From a virus (taxonomy: Duplodnaviria > Caudoviricetes): 34,342 bases of DNA. How positions within the stretch are numbered: position 1 is the stretch's first letter; the number at the start of each line of letters is the position of its first letter. The notes beneath the pieces were generated by a model that was not told the DNA's origin, did no database searches, and saw only the letters and a list, made by a program, of their open reading frames with translations. Location: IMG/VR virus record IMGVR_UViG_3300020045_003928, positions 1 through 34,342 of that record; one strand, written 5' to 3'. A program made the translations under genes and the position numbers. Positions 1-7,856 of the stretch are shown here, piece after piece.

Positions 1-18
1 TTAAATTAGTTAAAATGC

Positions 19-109
19 AAAAGTCCCACAAATCCACTGCTTCTCACTTCAGTTTCATTGTAGGACAATGTATAATATTAGCGTTGGTATATTGTGAGAA
101 GCCAACTAT
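19..109 (-). ncRNA. Candidate structured leader RNA: two hairpins with complementary loops, the second terminator-like (duplicate at 32202-32292)
   Basis: Stem 83-87/102-106 and stem 23-39/50-66 followed by U4 on the minus strand; loops carry GCTTCTCAC and GTGAGAAGC (9-bp complement). Confidence 0.55.
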
Positions 110-113
110 AAAG

Positions 114-121
114 CAAATATA
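114..121 (-). promoter_or_regulatory. Bacteroidota sigma-A -7 element TATATTTG driving the leader and replication operon (duplicate 32297-32304)
   Basis: Matches TAnnTTTG consensus, in an intergenic position just before the structured leader. Confidence 0.7.
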
Positions 122-126
122 TAATT

Positions 127-264
127 TTATTCAATACCCCAATTAAAATAATCGATTTTTTTCTTTATTTCTTTAGCTTTTATTTTGTCGATTTGCAATA
201 ATATACGGTATTCTTTTTCGAGTTCTTTAATGTCAAAAGGTTTTTGTTTTGGTTGTTTAGACAT
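127..264 (-). CDS. 45-aa hypothetical protein MSKQPKQKPFDIKELEKEY... (second copy 32310-32447)
   Basis: Translated by hand; all 4 differences between the two copies are synonymous. Confidence 0.75.
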   Translation of the reverse strand: MSKQPKQKPFDIKELEKEYRILLQIDKIKAKEIKKKIDYFNWGIE

Positions 265-361
265 TGTTATTTATTAAAATATAGTTAATTTAATAGCTTC
301 AGAAAAATAATCAATGTTAATTAATAACTCTTTTAAAATAGTATTTTTAACTATTTCTGTA

Positions 362-574
362 TTATAACTTTTCAATTTCTTGTTTTACTTCTCGCCAATA
401 ATCTAACGCACTACCTACTTCTGATATAAAATGAACTTTTGATAAAACGACTACAACTTCATCAGCCACAACCATTGCGCATTTTATGGCTACATCGCTA
501 TCTTCTTTTTCCCATCCACCCGTAATCGGTAAATATTTCCAAAATAGTTCTTCTGCTTTTTTTTCTGGTGTCAT
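362..574 (-). CDS. Hypothetical phage protein
   Basis: 70-aa ORF, ATG after A-rich leader, co-oriented in early gene string. Confidence 0.75.
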   Translation of the reverse strand: MTPEKKAEELFWKYLPITGGWEKEDSDVAIKCAMVVADEVVVVLSKVHFISEVGSALDYWREVKQEIEKL

Positions 575-575
575 T

Positions 576-689
576 TTATTGTTTTTTTAATTTATAATAA
601 AGTTCGGTTAGCAACCATAACATTAGAAACATAAATGCACTACCTGTCCAAAAATAAACCCATATTTCCATTTCTGTTAAATTTTCCAT
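576..689 (-). CDS. 37-aa small membrane protein
   Basis: Hand-translated MENLTEMEIWVYFWTGSAFMFLMLWLLTELYYKLKKQ; one hydrophobic stretch; tight packing. Confidence 0.55.
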   Translation of the reverse strand: MENLTEMEIWVYFWTGSAFMFLMLWLLTELYYKLKKQ

Positions 690-701
690 TTTTTTATTTA
701 T

Positions 702-839
702 TTAGTTAATATTTTTTAATTTATTTGGTTCTGAATTAATAGCTAATCCAAATATTTTAGGAGCAAATTTACCTAATGGTATTTTTGTTTTTTCGCTTAA
801 ATTCCATATTTTGCAAGCTAAATATTGTTTTATTTTCAT
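702..839 (-). CDS. 45-aa hypothetical protein
   Basis: Hand-translated MKIKQYLACKIWNLSEK...; ATGA overlap with 836-1153 ORF. Confidence 0.55.
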   Translation of the reverse strand: MKIKQYLACKIWNLSEKTKIPLGKFAPKIFGLAINSEPNKLKNIN

Positions 840-1153
840 AATTTTTTATTTTTTAATTCTTCCCATTCTAAAACTTTCAACAAAACATCAAGTCCATTCC
901 ATTTATAGATTTCTCTATAACTATGATAATAGCGATTAAATTTTATAATTTCTTCTTTGGTAAGTTCCGGCAAATCCCTTTCAATAGTTTCTTTAAAAAA
1001 CTTATATCTGTTTTTAAAATTTCCATAACTGTTTTCATCACTTCCTATTTCAGCAAAAACTCTTTTTGTTCCCGTTGCTTTTTCGGTAGTCATATCGTCT
1101 AATAATTCCTCAATAGAATTATGTTTTAATAAATATTCTTGTTGTATTGTCAT
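836..1153 (-). CDS. Hypothetical protein
   Basis: 105-aa ORF directly downstream of a TAnnTTTG promoter. Confidence 0.75.
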   Translation of the reverse strand: MTIQQEYLLKHNSIEELLDDMTTEKATGTKRVFAEIGSDENSYGNFKNRYKFFKETIERDLPELTKEEIIKFNRYYHSYREIYKWNGLDVLLKVLEWEELKNKKL

Positions 1154-1177
1154 AATTTATAGTGTTTTAATTTTTAT

Positions 1178-1241
1178 CAAATATAATCATAATTATATTA
1201 TGTGTTACGTTTAATATGTTAAAGTTTTGTTAAATAAAAAA
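1178..1241 (-). promoter_or_regulatory. Promoter TATATTTG (1178-1185) with upstream block shared with the 5176-5240 promoter
   Basis: 26-nt identity ATGTTAAAGTTTTGTTAAATAAAAAA at 1216-1241 and 5215-5240. Confidence 0.7.
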
Positions 1242-1268
1242 AACCACGCTACTATTATTCGCGTGGTT
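1236..1268 (-). terminator. Rho-independent terminator (copy at ~32495-32526)
   Basis: AACCACGC...GCGTGGTT stem followed by a T-run on the minus strand. Confidence 0.75.
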
Positions 1269-1339
1269 ACTTTCTCGGATTGTGTATGATTTTAAAGTAA
1301 AAAAGATTAATTAGTTTAAATTCTCCGAATGGTTAGGTT
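1237..1339 (+). repeat. Direct repeat block 2, copy A (copy B 32495-32597)
   Basis: About 100 bp, near-identical non-coding segment. Confidence 0.9.
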
Positions 1340-1345
1340 GTTTGT

Positions 1346-1591
1346 TTATTTCATTTTTTCATTTATTATTTTCCTATATACTTTATTTGCAAATTCAGAA
1401 TTACACCCTCTTTTACGGTAAAATTCTAAGACTCTTTTTATTCGTGTTAAGTTACTTTGTTTTGGTTTTGTTAATTTTTTTCCATTAAAAGTATCAGATG
1501 CTATATTATTTTCCATTATAACCACTTTTCGAGATTCACACCCCATTTTATGAACTCCGTTAAGTTGTCCGCATTGTTTACATTTTGTCAT
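1346..1591 (-). CDS. Small protein with N-terminal CxxC-x5-HxxxC putative Zn site (allelic copy 33245-33490)
   Basis: CKQC...HKMGC motif; near-identical paralog at the right end. Confidence 0.75.
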   Translation of the reverse strand: MTKCKQCGQLNGVHKMGCESRKVVIMENNIASDTFNGKKLTKPKQSNLTRIKRVLEFYRKRGCNSEFANKVYRKIINEKMK

Positions 1592-1655
1592 ATTGTTTTA
1601 TATTTTTAGACAATTTTGTAACATATCTGTCTAAAATTAGTTACATTTTATCATA

Positions 1656-2783
1656 TTAAAATAAGTGTGTAATTCTTAAAATCTGTCCGTTTTCTTTTGA
1701 ATGTAAAAAACCCTCAACTGCTTTTTTTGCGTGTTGATAACCATTCCTGTGATGCCAGCTATCAGTTCCACTTGGACTTCTTAAACTTTCAATTGTGATT
1801 CCTGCATAATCTTTACTTATCTTATGATGTACGTGATGCGTATACACGTATCTATGTTTGGTTTCTGCCCATTCTTTACTAAATTCAACCGCCATTAATA
1901 AAGGTAAATCCATTTGTTTAGCTCCATCTCCATGAGTTGTACCGATTAAATTATCATGATATTTAAATCCTTTTCGGTGTGCTATCGAACAATCAAAAGT
2001 AATATTTTTACAGTTTTTAAAATATGTTTCGATAACATTTGCTAAAAAGAAACCGTTTGTATAATCGTGATTTGAAGGATTGAATGTGAAATGTACGTCA
2101 GCAACCGTTAATAAAATTTCCAAAACATCAACATATAATTGTTTTGCGATTAGAAAATTAGTATGCCACATTCCATCTGTATCCTGTGGAGTTCCTGATG
2201 TAGTCAGTCTTCTTGGACTGTCTATGTGCAAAATATCATTCCCACCGATAAATAAAATCTTATCAATATTAAACGATGAAACTTTACTTAAAATACCTCT
2301 AACTCCTTGTAAAACCCTTTGAACTGCAACTTGGTTGTTATATGTTTCTCCACTTTCAAATGCACTACATAATTTCCCTATATGTATATCCGCAGGGTCT
2401 AAGACTAATAAATAGGAATCACTATCTTCAATTCGTTCCAATTTTGGGAACTTAGGATAATAATTTTTCAAGTCATTTATTAAAGTTTCGCTTAAATCTT
2501 TAAACAGTTTTTCTTCTGGTTTTATAAATAAAGGATTTGTAACTCTTATACTTTCGTTCTTTGATTTTAGCCATAACATCGGAGTTGTCGAAGGGTCAAC
2601 ACTTAAATTATCACAAGCGTTTAAAACACCTTGATTTGATTTTATAAAAGAAACGTGTTTCCGTAGATAGTCTAATTCTTGAAAACTTGCATCTGGCAAT
2701 AGTTCGTTTGCAATTTGAGTATTGTTTTTATTTTCCTTAATTTTTTCTATAATTTCTGTATTTAGATAATCGTATTTTTTCAT
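1656..2783 (-). CDS. Calcineurin-like metallophosphoesterase
   Basis: Motifs DIHIG, GNDILH, SNHD, THGD, HHVHH. Confidence 0.85.
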   Translation of the reverse strand: MKKYDYLNTEIIEKIKENKNNTQIANELLPDASFQELDYLRKHVSFIKSNQGVLNACDNLSVDPSTTPMLWLKSKNESIRVTNPLFIKPEEKLFKDLSETLINDLKNYYPKFPKLERIEDSDSYLLVLDPADIHIGKLCSAFESGETYNNQVAVQRVLQGVRGILSKVSSFNIDKILFIGGNDILHIDSPRRLTTSGTPQDTDGMWHTNFLIAKQLYVDVLEILLTVADVHFTFNPSNHDYTNGFFLANVIETYFKNCKNITFDCSIAHRKGFKYHDNLIGTTHGDGAKQMDLPLLMAVEFSKEWAETKHRYVYTHHVHHKISKDYAGITIESLRSPSGTDSWHHRNGYQHAKKAVEGFLHSKENGQILRITHLF

Positions 2784-2785
2784 AA

Positions 2786-3244
2786 TTATAAGTTTTTTTC
2801 TTTTAAATATTTAATTTCTCTTTGAATAAAATCTAAAGCTTTTTCTAAGTCTTTTATTTCATCATCTTTTTTACCAGCTCTTGCAACGTATTTTATTACA
2901 TTACCACGATTAAAATTTAAATTATACATTTTACAAAAATCTATAATATCGATGTTGTTTTCTGTTTGGTAATGGGTTGGTTTTCCTGATTTAACAACTT
3001 CATCACAATCAATTCCGCAAGCGTTTAAGAATATGTTTGCATCGAATTTTGTATAAACTTCCCTACCTAAACCTGAAAAAGAATGCATCGTAGCTATGGT
3101 ATTTTCTTTTTCGCACCAATTATTTACTAAATAAGTAGTCCTGTCAGGAATAACAGATTTAATATAATTTTTTGGTATTCTATCCCTAATCGATTCCCAA
3201 TCTTCTTGAGCGCATTTCATTGAAATAGGTGTAAACTTTTTCAT
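2786..3244 (-). CDS. DUF3310 (SaV-like) domain protein with N-terminal extension
   Basis: C-terminal PTHY...IDIIDF...FNRGNVIKYVARAGKK..DLEKA signature. Confidence 0.8.
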   Translation of the reverse strand: MKKFTPISMKCAQEDWESIRDRIPKNYIKSVIPDRTTYLVNNWCEKENTIATMHSFSGLGREVYTKFDANIFLNACGIDCDEVVKSGKPTHYQTENNIDIIDFCKMYNLNFNRGNVIKYVARAGKKDDEIKDLEKALDFIQREIKYLKEKNL

Positions 3245-3249
3245 AATTT

Positions 3250-3444
3250 CTATTTGTTTGATTCAACAATAATATATTTTGTTCTCGGACTTCTTACAAA
3301 GTCATTTATTAATTCGATTTGATAATCATCATAAAACCTCTTGTTAGTCGGTTCTATACCTAATTCTTTTATTCTGTATGTTATAGTGTCTCTATTTAGA
3401 TTTAGCATTTCTGCAATCTCTACTACTCGTTTATGTCCCTCCAT
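3250..3444 (-). CDS. Small HTH DNA-binding protein
   Basis: VVEIAEMLNLNRDTITYRIKELG helix-turn-helix pattern; start moved to the ATG in a TAATG overlap. Confidence 0.65.
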   Translation of the reverse strand: MEGHKRVVEIAEMLNLNRDTITYRIKELGIEPTNKRFYDDYQIELINDFVRSPRTKYIIVESNK

Positions 3445-3517
3445 TAATAGCGAAATAAGTTTCTTTGATTTCCGCACAAGTAAAATGAAATTCTATCATA
3501 TAATCTTTCTAATTTTT

Positions 3518-3982
3518 TCATAGTCCTAATTGTTTAATTGCTGTTTGTGTTAATTGTAAATCTTGATTGTAGTTTAGCAGGCTTTCTATTGTTTTTAAAT
3601 TATTCCAACTAAGCCAAGTGATGTTTTTATTGTTTATTATGTAATAATTATCATACGTAGTTTTAATATGCTTATATTCAAACCCATCAAACAAACATCT
3701 TTCTTTTGCTTGTTGGTATTCCTTTTTTGATTCTAAATAAACATCATAAAACGGATTTCCTTTAGCGCACATTCCTAACGAGCAAGGTTCCGCATCCAAA
3801 ACAACCCAAACACCGTCAACTAATTTACAAGGAACAAACATCCATAATTCTAAAGGTTGTTTTAGGAAGTGAGCGTAGTTAAATATTTTTACTAACGCTT
3901 CTCTATTGTCGTATTCGAAATAATTTCTAAGTTCCAATTCTTGCTCTAAAACAAAATCTGTCATTGATATTAATTTTTTCAT
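3518..3982 (-). CDS. Hypothetical protein
   Basis: 154-aa ORF in a coupled gene string. Confidence 0.75.
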   Translation of the reverse strand: MKKLISMTDFVLEQELELRNYFEYDNREALVKIFNYAHFLKQPLELWMFVPCKLVDGVWVVLDAEPCSLGMCAKGNPFYDVYLESKKEYQQAKERCLFDGFEYKHIKTTYDNYYIINNKNITWLSWNNLKTIESLLNYNQDLQLTQTAIKQLGL

Positions 3983-4092
3983 TTCAATAAATATTTAATT
4001 GGTTTAACATCTACGTGATTTTTTGCAATTTCCTTAGCTTCTTTTTTTAGCCTATATTCCATTTCAAAAATTGTTTCATGCTTCTTTTTCAT
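3979..4092 (-). CDS. 37-aa hypothetical protein
   Basis: Hand-translated MKKKHETIFEMEYRLKKEAK...; overlaps both neighbours by TAATG and ATGA. Confidence 0.6.
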   Translation of the reverse strand: MKKKHETIFEMEYRLKKEAKEIAKNHVDVKPIKYLLK

Positions 4093-4610
4093 TATATTAT
4101 TTTTTTATTAAGTAATTTTTCAGCTTCTTCTTTTGTGATTGTTTCAGTTATCTCGTCTACAATTTGCCAAATACCATTTTTAAAAATAGTAGCTCCTTGC
4201 AATGTTAGGCTATTATATTTGAAATTATAATAAAAAGAATATCCAGTAAAAGCAGTGAAAACACTACTATTCCAAGTACACCCTATAGCAAACCCTCTTT
4301 TCTTAGCCTCGTTAATTAAAGCCGTTTCAACTTCTTTTTCTGTCGCTATTCTATTACTTTCGCATTCGTTATAATTAGCATTACTTTTTGATTTAAACCA
4401 ATCGCCATTTGCATTTATTCCGTATTTCAGAATATCATTTTCATAATAAGCAATCCAATCCTCATTCATTTCGTGAATATCTTTTGCCCATCCTGTAAAC
4501 TTGGTTTTAAAAGCATTAGGAAACCATTGTTTAATTAATTCCTTATCTTTTGAATTTCCCCACTCAGCAACTTTTAATACTTGCTCTTTTGTAATCTCAA
4601 ACTTTTCCAT
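4092..4610 (-). CDS. Hypothetical protein
   Basis: 172-aa ORF ending ITKEEAEKLLNKKII. Confidence 0.75.
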   Translation of the reverse strand: MEKFEITKEQVLKVAEWGNSKDKELIKQWFPNAFKTKFTGWAKDIHEMNEDWIAYYENDILKYGINANGDWFKSKSNANYNECESNRIATEKEVETALINEAKKRGFAIGCTWNSSVFTAFTGYSFYYNFKYNSLTLQGATIFKNGIWQIVDEITETITKEEAEKLLNKKII

Positions 4611-4614
4611 AACT

Positions 4615-4755
4615 TTATTTTTTAAATTGTTGTAAATAATTATACACTAACCGTCTTATCTCGATTCTTTTACTTGAAGGAACTCTAATACTCCCTAATT
4701 GCACCGTTGGCTCTGTATATTTAAACGGTGCGCCTTTTTTTTGTGTTTGTTTCAT
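4615..4755 (-). CDS. 46-aa putative ribbon-helix-helix-like regulator
   Basis: Hand-translated MKQTQKKGAPFKYTEPTVQLGSIRVPSSKRIEIRRLVYNYL... Confidence 0.55.
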   Translation of the reverse strand: MKQTQKKGAPFKYTEPTVQLGSIRVPSSKRIEIRRLVYNYLQQFKK

Positions 4756-4869
4756 TGTTTTTTAAAATTTAATTGAGCTTATTTTTATTAAGTTTAAATA
4801 AAGTAAAAATAGCCGTCTTTCCAGCTTGTCAACCCTGTACAAATACTGTGGGATTTTTAAGTTTAGAAA

Positions 4870-5178
4870 CTACTCGAATAACCAAGTAGTTTCTGTTACA
4901 TATTCTGTTTCTTGATATTTGCATCCTGAAATTGGATTAACTTCTCCAACTCTTTTAGCATCAAATCTTGGATTTTTTACATCTTGTATTTTTAATCCTA
5001 ATACTTTTGAAAATCCTAATTTAGCTACTACTGTTTTTTCAATCATATTTTTTGATTCAAATGATAATTGCATACTTTTAAAATTAGCAGTTACAAATCT
5101 TTTAGCTAATTCTTTTACTGGTAAAATTTCGTTTCTTAAAGTCATCATAATTTCTATTTGTTTTATTTTGTTATACAA
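4870..5178 (-). CDS. Hypothetical protein (true start probably the internal ATG-ATG near 5148)
   Basis: ORF downstream of the TATATTTG at 5176-5183; the listed TTG start overlaps the promoter. Confidence 0.65.
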   Translation of the reverse strand: MYNKIKQIEIMMTLRNEILPVKELAKRFVTANFKSMQLSFESKNMIEKTVVAKLGFSKVLGLKIQDVKNPRFDAKRVGEVNPISGCKYQETEYVTETTWLFE

Positions 5179-5240
5179 ATATACATCATTTATACATTAT
5201 GTAACACATTATAAATGTTAAAGTTTTGTTAAATAAAAAA
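5176..5240 (-). promoter_or_regulatory. Promoter TATATTTG (5176-5183) with shared upstream block
   Basis: Consensus match; 26-nt identity with 1216-1241. Confidence 0.7.
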
Positions 5241-5260
5241 CCCACTGTTTAGAGTGGGTT
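5235..5260 (-). terminator. Rho-independent terminator after the SSB gene
   Basis: AACCCACT...AGTGGGTT stem plus T-run on the minus strand. Confidence 0.75.
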
Positions 5261-5278
5261 AATAAGTGGGTGAATTAA

Positions 5279-5635
5279 TTAGAAGGGTAAATCGCTTGGT
5301 TCTTCTTTTAGTTCTGGCTCATTTGCTATTGCTAATACTGGAGCCACTTGTTCTGCTTTAAATACTTTCCAAGCTTGTAGCGATGTGAAATATCTTTCTT
5401 TCCATTCGTTAGTCGATATGTTAAAGTCAACTTTTACAACATCACCTACTTTATTGTATTTATTAAAGTTGGTTACTTTTTCTTCTCCAAATATATCGAA
5501 GCAAAATATTTGTTTTTTGTTATCGTAACCCTCGTTATTTGCAACGATAAAGCTTTGTTTTTGCCATTCTTTGCCGTCTTTTGTCGTTCCTGATCCTAAA
5601 GTTAAAATCTTTTCAATTGCGCCTGTAATTTCCAT
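5279..5635 (-). CDS. DUF3127 family single-stranded DNA-binding protein
   Basis: WQKQSF...VKVDFNI...WKERYFTSLQAWK pattern; acidic C-terminus ending DLPF. Confidence 0.85.
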   Translation of the reverse strand: MEITGAIEKILTLGSGTTKDGKEWQKQSFIVANNEGYDNKKQIFCFDIFGEEKVTNFNKYNKVGDVVKVDFNISTNEWKERYFTSLQAWKVFKAEQVAPVLAIANEPELKEEPSDLPF

Positions 5636-5646
5636 GTTTTAATTAT

Positions 5647-5886
5647 TTATTTGTTAATTTTTCGTCTTTCTTCTCTTAATTGATATTCTCTTTCCGCTAA
5701 TTGCTTTTTACCAATTTTAACAGCTCCGTAAAATATAGAGTATTGTTCGTCTTTCATATTTTCTGACCAATCGCTTTTTTCTTCATCGACTCTTTTTGAT
5801 GACAAATAAGAGCTTCTTACATCTTCAGGAATTGACATATAATGTTCTTCTGACATTCTTAAGAATACTTCTCTATTGCTTTGCAT
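5647..5886 (-). CDS. Hypothetical protein
   Basis: 79-aa ORF between recombinase and SSB. Confidence 0.7.
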   Translation of the reverse strand: MQSNREVFLRMSEEHYMSIPEDVRSSYLSSKRVDEEKSDWSENMKDEQYSIFYGAVKIGKKQLAEREYQLREERRKINK

Positions 5887-6478
5887 AATCTTTAATTTTA
5901 GTTTCTATTTCTAATATTTGAACTTGTGTAGCTAATATTTTACCGTCTGTAATAGCTTTTAAAGTAGCATTTAAACCTTTTAAATCTGATTGTAAGGCTT
6001 TATTAAACTGTTCTGTTGTTAGTGTCGGAATTTCTTTTTTAGGTTCAAACTCTTTTTTCATTTCTTCTACATAACGCACATCATCAAATTTACCCATAAA
6101 TATATCGGCATTAAAGCCAAGCTTGGATATCGCTTTTGTTAGCGCATCGGTTTCTATTTTTTTTGCAAAGTTATCATCTACCATTGTTAAATTTCTATCC
6201 ATATATAATTTGCATGAATTTATAATTTCAAACTCACCGTTAGGGAAAAAGAAAGTTCCTTTAAATACGACTAAATTACATTTTTCTACAAGGTCATAAC
6301 TTAATACTATATTTTTAAAACCCCATTTCTCACCATATACGCCAAATTGCTCTGTAACTTGCATTATTTGATATTGGGGCGATATAGCGGTAATATCTCT
6401 ACCGCTTAACTTTGCATTCTTTGTGTATTTTGGATTGGTCTTTTCTACCCTATTCCACAATTCTAAATTTTCTTTCAT
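5873..6478 (-). CDS. Putative single-strand annealing recombinase (Sak/Rad52-like)
   Basis: EQFGVYGEKWG and KKIETDALTKAISKLGFNADIF motifs; adjacent to SSB. Confidence 0.65.
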   Translation of the reverse strand: MKENLELWNRVEKTNPKYTKNAKLSGRDITAISPQYQIMQVTEQFGVYGEKWGFKNIVLSYDLVEKCNLVVFKGTFFFPNGEFEIINSCKLYMDRNLTMVDDNFAKKIETDALTKAISKLGFNADIFMGKFDDVRYVEEMKKEFEPKKEIPTLTTEQFNKALQSDLKGLNATLKAITDGKILATQVQILEIETKIKDYAKQ

Positions 6479-6678
6479 AATCTAATTTTTTTTAGGTTAA
6501 TTTTTAATAATTCATTCGTTCCTAATTCAGCTAAATCAATACAATAAGCTAATTGTTTCTTTGCTATTTTTATCTTTACCAAAAGTTCCTGATTCCATTC
6601 TTGTTGTTCTTCTAATTCTGTTAACGTTGGTAAATCTTCCATTTCGTCTAACGGGTTATATTCTGGATATTCTGTCAT
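6475..6678 (-). CDS. Hypothetical protein
   Basis: 67-aa ORF after the promoter at 6701; ATGA overlap. Confidence 0.7.
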   Translation of the reverse strand: MTEYPEYNPLDEMEDLPTLTELEEQQEWNQELLVKIKIAKKQLAYCIDLAELGTNELLKINLKKIRL

Positions 6679-6686
6679 AATTAATG

Positions 6687-6708
6687 TTTTTAAATTTCAA
6701 CAAATATA
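6687..6708 (-). promoter_or_regulatory. Promoter TATATTTG (6701-6708) and start region, identical to 7557-7578
   Basis: 22-nt identity TTTTTAAATTTCAACAAATATA at both loci. Confidence 0.7.
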
Positions 6709-6743
6709 ATACTTTTTTTTAAATAAAATGTAGTTTAGTGTTT

Positions 6744-6965
6744 TTATTTTATGATATTCTTTACAAATTTAATTATCGACTTTATAGGTTGTACAATCCA
6801 AAATAAACTGTAAATTATCCAATCCCAAAAATCATCAATACCTTTAATACTACTTTCTGCCAACCATAAAGCAGATGCAAACAAACTTATTCCTACTATT
6901 GAGAAATAAATTATTAAATATGTTTCTATCATAATCTTAACTATTTTTTCTATAAATATCCTCAA
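6744..6965 (-). CDS. Small membrane protein (start probably the internal ATG near 6932)
   Basis: Two hydrophobic segments. Confidence 0.6.
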   Translation of the reverse strand: MRIFIEKIVKIMIETYLIIYFSIVGISLFASALWLAESSIKGIDDFWDWIIYSLFWIVQPIKSIIKFVKNIIK

Positions 6966-7299
6966 ACGTCAATCCTGTTTCTTCAAAAAATCGTGTCAAT
7001 TCAACTAATACTTTAGGTCTTTTTTTATCCCAAAATGAAGCATTAATAGAGTGCATATTAAGTTCGTAAACCAATTGTCTGTTTGGCATTTTCATTAACT
7101 GATTAAATGTACATTCTAATCGATTACATACTTCATTAATCCTATCCAATAACTCAGGACTTTTATTTTTCCAAACTGATATATTGGCTATCTCGTAACC
7201 TAACATTATAGATAATTGCGTATCTGTTACACGTGGATATCCTTTATACTCAAGCATTAGTTTAATTCTGTTAGGGCAAAAATTTGATTTGTTTTTCAT
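6937..7299 (-). CDS. XRE/Cro-like HTH protein
   Basis: TDTQLSIMLGYEIANISVWKN...EVCNRLECTFNQLM; start set at 7299 after the upstream 7301-7459 ORF. Confidence 0.6.
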   Translation of the reverse strand: MKNKSNFCPNRIKLMLEYKGYPRVTDTQLSIMLGYEIANISVWKNKSPELLDRINEVCNRLECTFNQLMKMPNRQLVYELNMHSINASFWDKKRPKVLVELTRFFEETGLTFEDIYRKNS

Positions 7300-7300
7300 G

Positions 7301-7459
7301 TTATAATTGTTTTTGTTTTTTATATTGTTTCCATTTTTTATTTGCCATTTTCGTGGCATGTTCTAAATTATTAAAATATACAAATCCATATTCGATATGT
7401 TTTTTATCACTAAAATAACCATCTAAAAACGCTCCGATATATTTTTCCTTTTCTGTCAT
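7301..7459 (-). CDS. 52-aa hypothetical protein
   Basis: Hand-translated MTEKEKYIGAFLDGYFSDKK... Confidence 0.55.
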   Translation of the reverse strand: MTEKEKYIGAFLDGYFSDKKHIEYGFVYFNNLEHATKMANKKWKQYKKQKQL

Positions 7460-7548
7460 TATCCTTTTAAATTTAATATTAATACTGTAATTGTTAGAAT
7501 CACACCCATATATAATAATGATGTGAAAATGTTTTTAAGGTTATTCAT
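7459..7548 (-). CDS. 29-aa hydrophobic peptide
   Basis: MNNLKNIFTSLLYMGVILTITVLILNLKG; first gene after the 7571 promoter; TAATG overlap. Confidence 0.45.
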   Translation of the reverse strand: MNNLKNIFTSLLYMGVILTITVLILNLKG

Positions 7549-7570
7549 AATTTATCTTTTTAAATTTCAA

Positions 7571-7633
7571 CAAATATATAAAGAAAATAATATAAAATAT
7601 ATTTTTTTATTAAAAAAGTTTGTTGTAGGTTTG
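7571..7633. promoter_or_regulatory. Divergent promoter pair: TATATTTG (minus, 7571-7578) and TAGGTTTG (plus, 7626-7633)
   Basis: Both match TAnnTTTG at the point where gene orientation switches. Confidence 0.7.
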
Positions 7634-7638
7634 TAAGG

Positions 7639-7856
7639 AATTTAAAAACAAAAATATTATGAAAGAACAAACAATGAGTTACGCAACTATAACCGTTGCT
7701 GAATACTGGACTCCAAGTATACGATTAAGATTTGTAAAAAGAAAAGAAGTAAATATTTTACAACAATTATTTACAAGTAATTTAGGAAATAAACAATGGG
7801 AAGACGTGCCTATTGAAACAGAAATTTAAAAACAAAAAATATTATGAAAGAACAAA
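7639..7856 (+). repeat. ~33-bp direct repeats (7639-7671, 7823-7856) covering the leader plus the MKEQ codons
   Basis: AATTTAAAAACAAAAA(A)TATTATGAAAGAACAAA occurs twice. Confidence 0.85.
7659..7829 (+). CDS. 56-aa hypothetical protein
   Basis: Hand-translated MKEQTMSYATITVAEYWTPSIRLRF...QWEDVPIETEI. Confidence 0.65.
   Translation: MKEQTMSYATITVAEYWTPSIRLRFVKRKEVNILQQLFTSNLGNKQWEDVPIETEI

Larger units (their letters stand above)
1..265 (+). repeat. Direct repeat block 1, copy A (copy B 32184-32448)
   Basis: Identical over 1-186, then 4 substitutions (187, 196, 232, 235); diverges after TTAGACATT. Confidence 0.97.
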
